Made by a program: the position numbers and the translations under genes. A model generated the notes under the pieces. That model was not told where the DNA came from. It did not search any database and worked only from the letters and a program-made list of their open reading frames with translations. From assembly GCA_010909165.1 (NCBI GenBank), contig MU008195.1, positions 496,001-560,000 on the forward strand: DNA of 64,000 nt. Reading direction: 5' to 3'. Positions within the stretch are counted from its first letter, which is position 1. The number at the start of each line of letters is the position of its first letter. The DNA is from Anthoceros angustus (lineage: Eukaryota > Plantae > Anthocerotophyta). This document shows, piece after piece, positions 62,338 through 64,000 of the stretch.

Positions 62338-62781
62338 CTATGTAAAGTCTCCAAATTCTCTACACTTTGAAATATCTACATATAAAGTCTCCAAATTCTC
62401 TAACAAGATAAGCTTCGTATGATCTTCATACATGACATGTTTATCCATAAGGATGGAGCAAAAGGAAAAGCTTTTAGTAGATAACTTCACTTTCACCTTC
62501 CCATATGTACTACTAACCGTGCCATTCACAAATATGATAAGCAAGGCATTTTTGACCACGTCCAGATCCGCCCTCTTTTCGGGGGAGACGGTCTCGTTAA
62601 GTGCCGATCTAAAATAGGACCCAAGGACCACCGTCAATGAGCAGACTATACTAGACTTATGCCCGATGAATAGATGTTGATGCATTAGACATAAATTTCT
62701 TGATTCTATATGTTTCATTGAATATTTTAATATTACTATGTCCTCTTCCAAGCTTTGTAGCGAAAGTGGTATCAAAAGCAA
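62338..62781 (-). CDS. Second unknown ORF in the 4.1 kb unit (147 aa in this copy)
   Basis: YGKVKVKLSTKSFSFCSILMDKHVMYED.KLILLENLETLYVDISKCREFGDF recurs in all five copies (43464, 47576, 51698, 56260, 62338); no family recognised. Confidence 0.3.
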   Translation of the reverse strand: MLLIPLSLQSLEEDIVILKYSMKHIESRNLCLMHQHLFIGHKSSIVCSLTVVLGSYFRSALNETVSPEKRADLDVVKNALLIIFVNGTVSSTYGKVKVKLSTKSFSFCSILMDKHVMYEDHTKLILLENLETLYVDISKCREFGDFT

Positions 62782-64000
62782 AGTAAAATGATTCTTATCT
62801 ATTTACAAAAAGGAAAATGATATGAGAAGCAAAGACAAAAGATGGAGCAGTGAGGGATGTCACTCCATGAAGTCCAATGCCACCAATGGGTAAATGAAGT
62901 AATGTCGTTTCTCAAAATTTTTGAGGCGAGCCATGAAGTCACATAATACCACGAATGGGTAAATGAAGTAATACATTTTCTCAATCGCTTGGAGACCTAA
63001 GCTACGTGAGGATTGTGTCTTAAGGGTTAAGTAAGTGTCTTTTCTTCTTCTTCTCGTTACGTATCAAAGGTTGAGGTATTGGTTTTAATATTTCTTCCCA
63101 AGACATTGAGCCACTACGTAGCATTGGGAGGCTCAAGTGGAAGATCTTCCGTTAAAGTCTCACTATCTTGAGCCATCATTTAATGGTAACTATCTCGGTT
63201 CGCCTTGAAATTCTTTGCTTAAAACATTTGATGGTGACTTCATCGTCCTCGCCTTAGAAATATCTCGCTATCTTGAGCCAATCTTCGCCTATCTTAGACC
63301 ATTTGATGGTAACTCTGGTTGCCTTGAAATTCTTTGCTTAAACTATTGGATGGTGACTCCATTGCCCTCACCTTGGAAATATTTTTATGGTCCCTTTACG
63401 ATCTTGCTTATACGTGACTACAAAGCATTATTCTACAAGGATGCACATCGATTGCAATAATTATCTTATCGATTTACAACATATCCTCTTTTGTTTTAAT
63501 AAATTTAAGGCTTTATAAAATAAAAGTTACAAACGTGCCCAACACGTCCTTACTCGTCTCTCAAGAGAATGTCCTTACAGCATTACTTAGATCGAATGGC
63601 GGAAGAACCCAAGAGGCTCCAAGCTTTGATCGCATCTAGACATTACTTGACTAATTTGTCGTATCCATGGCCACGGTAGAGGCTCCAAGCTTTGATCGCA
63701 TCTAGACATTACTTGACTAATTTATCGTATCCATGGCCATGGCATGCACTCTATCAAGAAGCGTCTTCTCCACAGCAACTAGAGTCGAAGTGTCTTCTCC
63801 ACTGACGACTAGAGTCGAAGTGTCTTCTCCACAGTACTGGAATCGAAGTGTCTTCTCCACAATGACAATTGGAATCGAAGTGTCTTCTCCACAGCAACTA
63901 GAGTCGAAGTGTCTTCTCCACAGTGGAATCGAAGTGTCTTCTCCATAGCAAGCAGTGGAATTAATATTGCTACGAATATATAGGACTTATTTTGAAGCTA

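Larger units (their letters stand above)
42270..64000. repeat. Tandem array of a ~4.1 kb unit (3 complete copies, one interrupted copy, one partial copy running off the window)
   Basis: GATACTAGTAAGC at 42284, 46415, 50515, 54629 and 60808 (periods 4131, 4100, 4114, 6179). Internal sub-repeats: 24 bp CAAGGTGACCTTGGATTTT, ~50 bp CATGGGTGATATAC..., CACTTTGAAATATC, ~64 bp GAGGCTCCAAGC... and a 27-30 bp GAAGTGTCTTCTCCA minisatellite. Confidence 0.95.

Overview
Eukaryotic land-plant nuclear DNA. A fern or other non-seed vascular plant is inferred from the PLS-PPR style, the RLE-class non-LTR retrotransposons and the compact genes. (1) 1-25.3 kb is a nested transposon cluster. It holds a degenerate transposon-associated ORF in tandem duplicate, two diverged CRE-like RT+RLE non-LTR retrotransposons (A and B) in head-to-tail order, and an internal inversion in element B. 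A ~10.5 kb non-autonomous CACTA element (TIRs 9344 and 19852, ACG TSD) sits inside that inversion and carries a DUF616 gene fragment with introns and a near full-length TIR1/AFB/COI1-family F-box-LRR gene. A 1.18 kb x ~2.7 tandem repeat and an orphan CACTA end follow. (2) 26.5-41.6 kb is a gene island: a GH17 glucanase-like gene lacking the canonical nucleophile Glu, a disrupted TPR-SET gene, tRNA-Lys(CTT), a PPR pseudogene, a 5'-truncated CRE-like copy, and intact CIPK, PLS-E+ PPR and Tic22-like genes. (3) 42.3-64 kb is a ~4.1 kb-unit tandem array (5+ copies, running off the window). It contains minisatellites and small unknown ORFs and is interleaved with Ty1/copia gag, integrase and RT fragments joined at 8-10 bp microhomologies. 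Repeat copies differ by many scattered indels while the unique genes are frameshift-free, so some duplications, frameshifts and chimeric joins may be long-read assembly or consensus artefacts. All family assignments come from motif recognition by eye; no database search was run.
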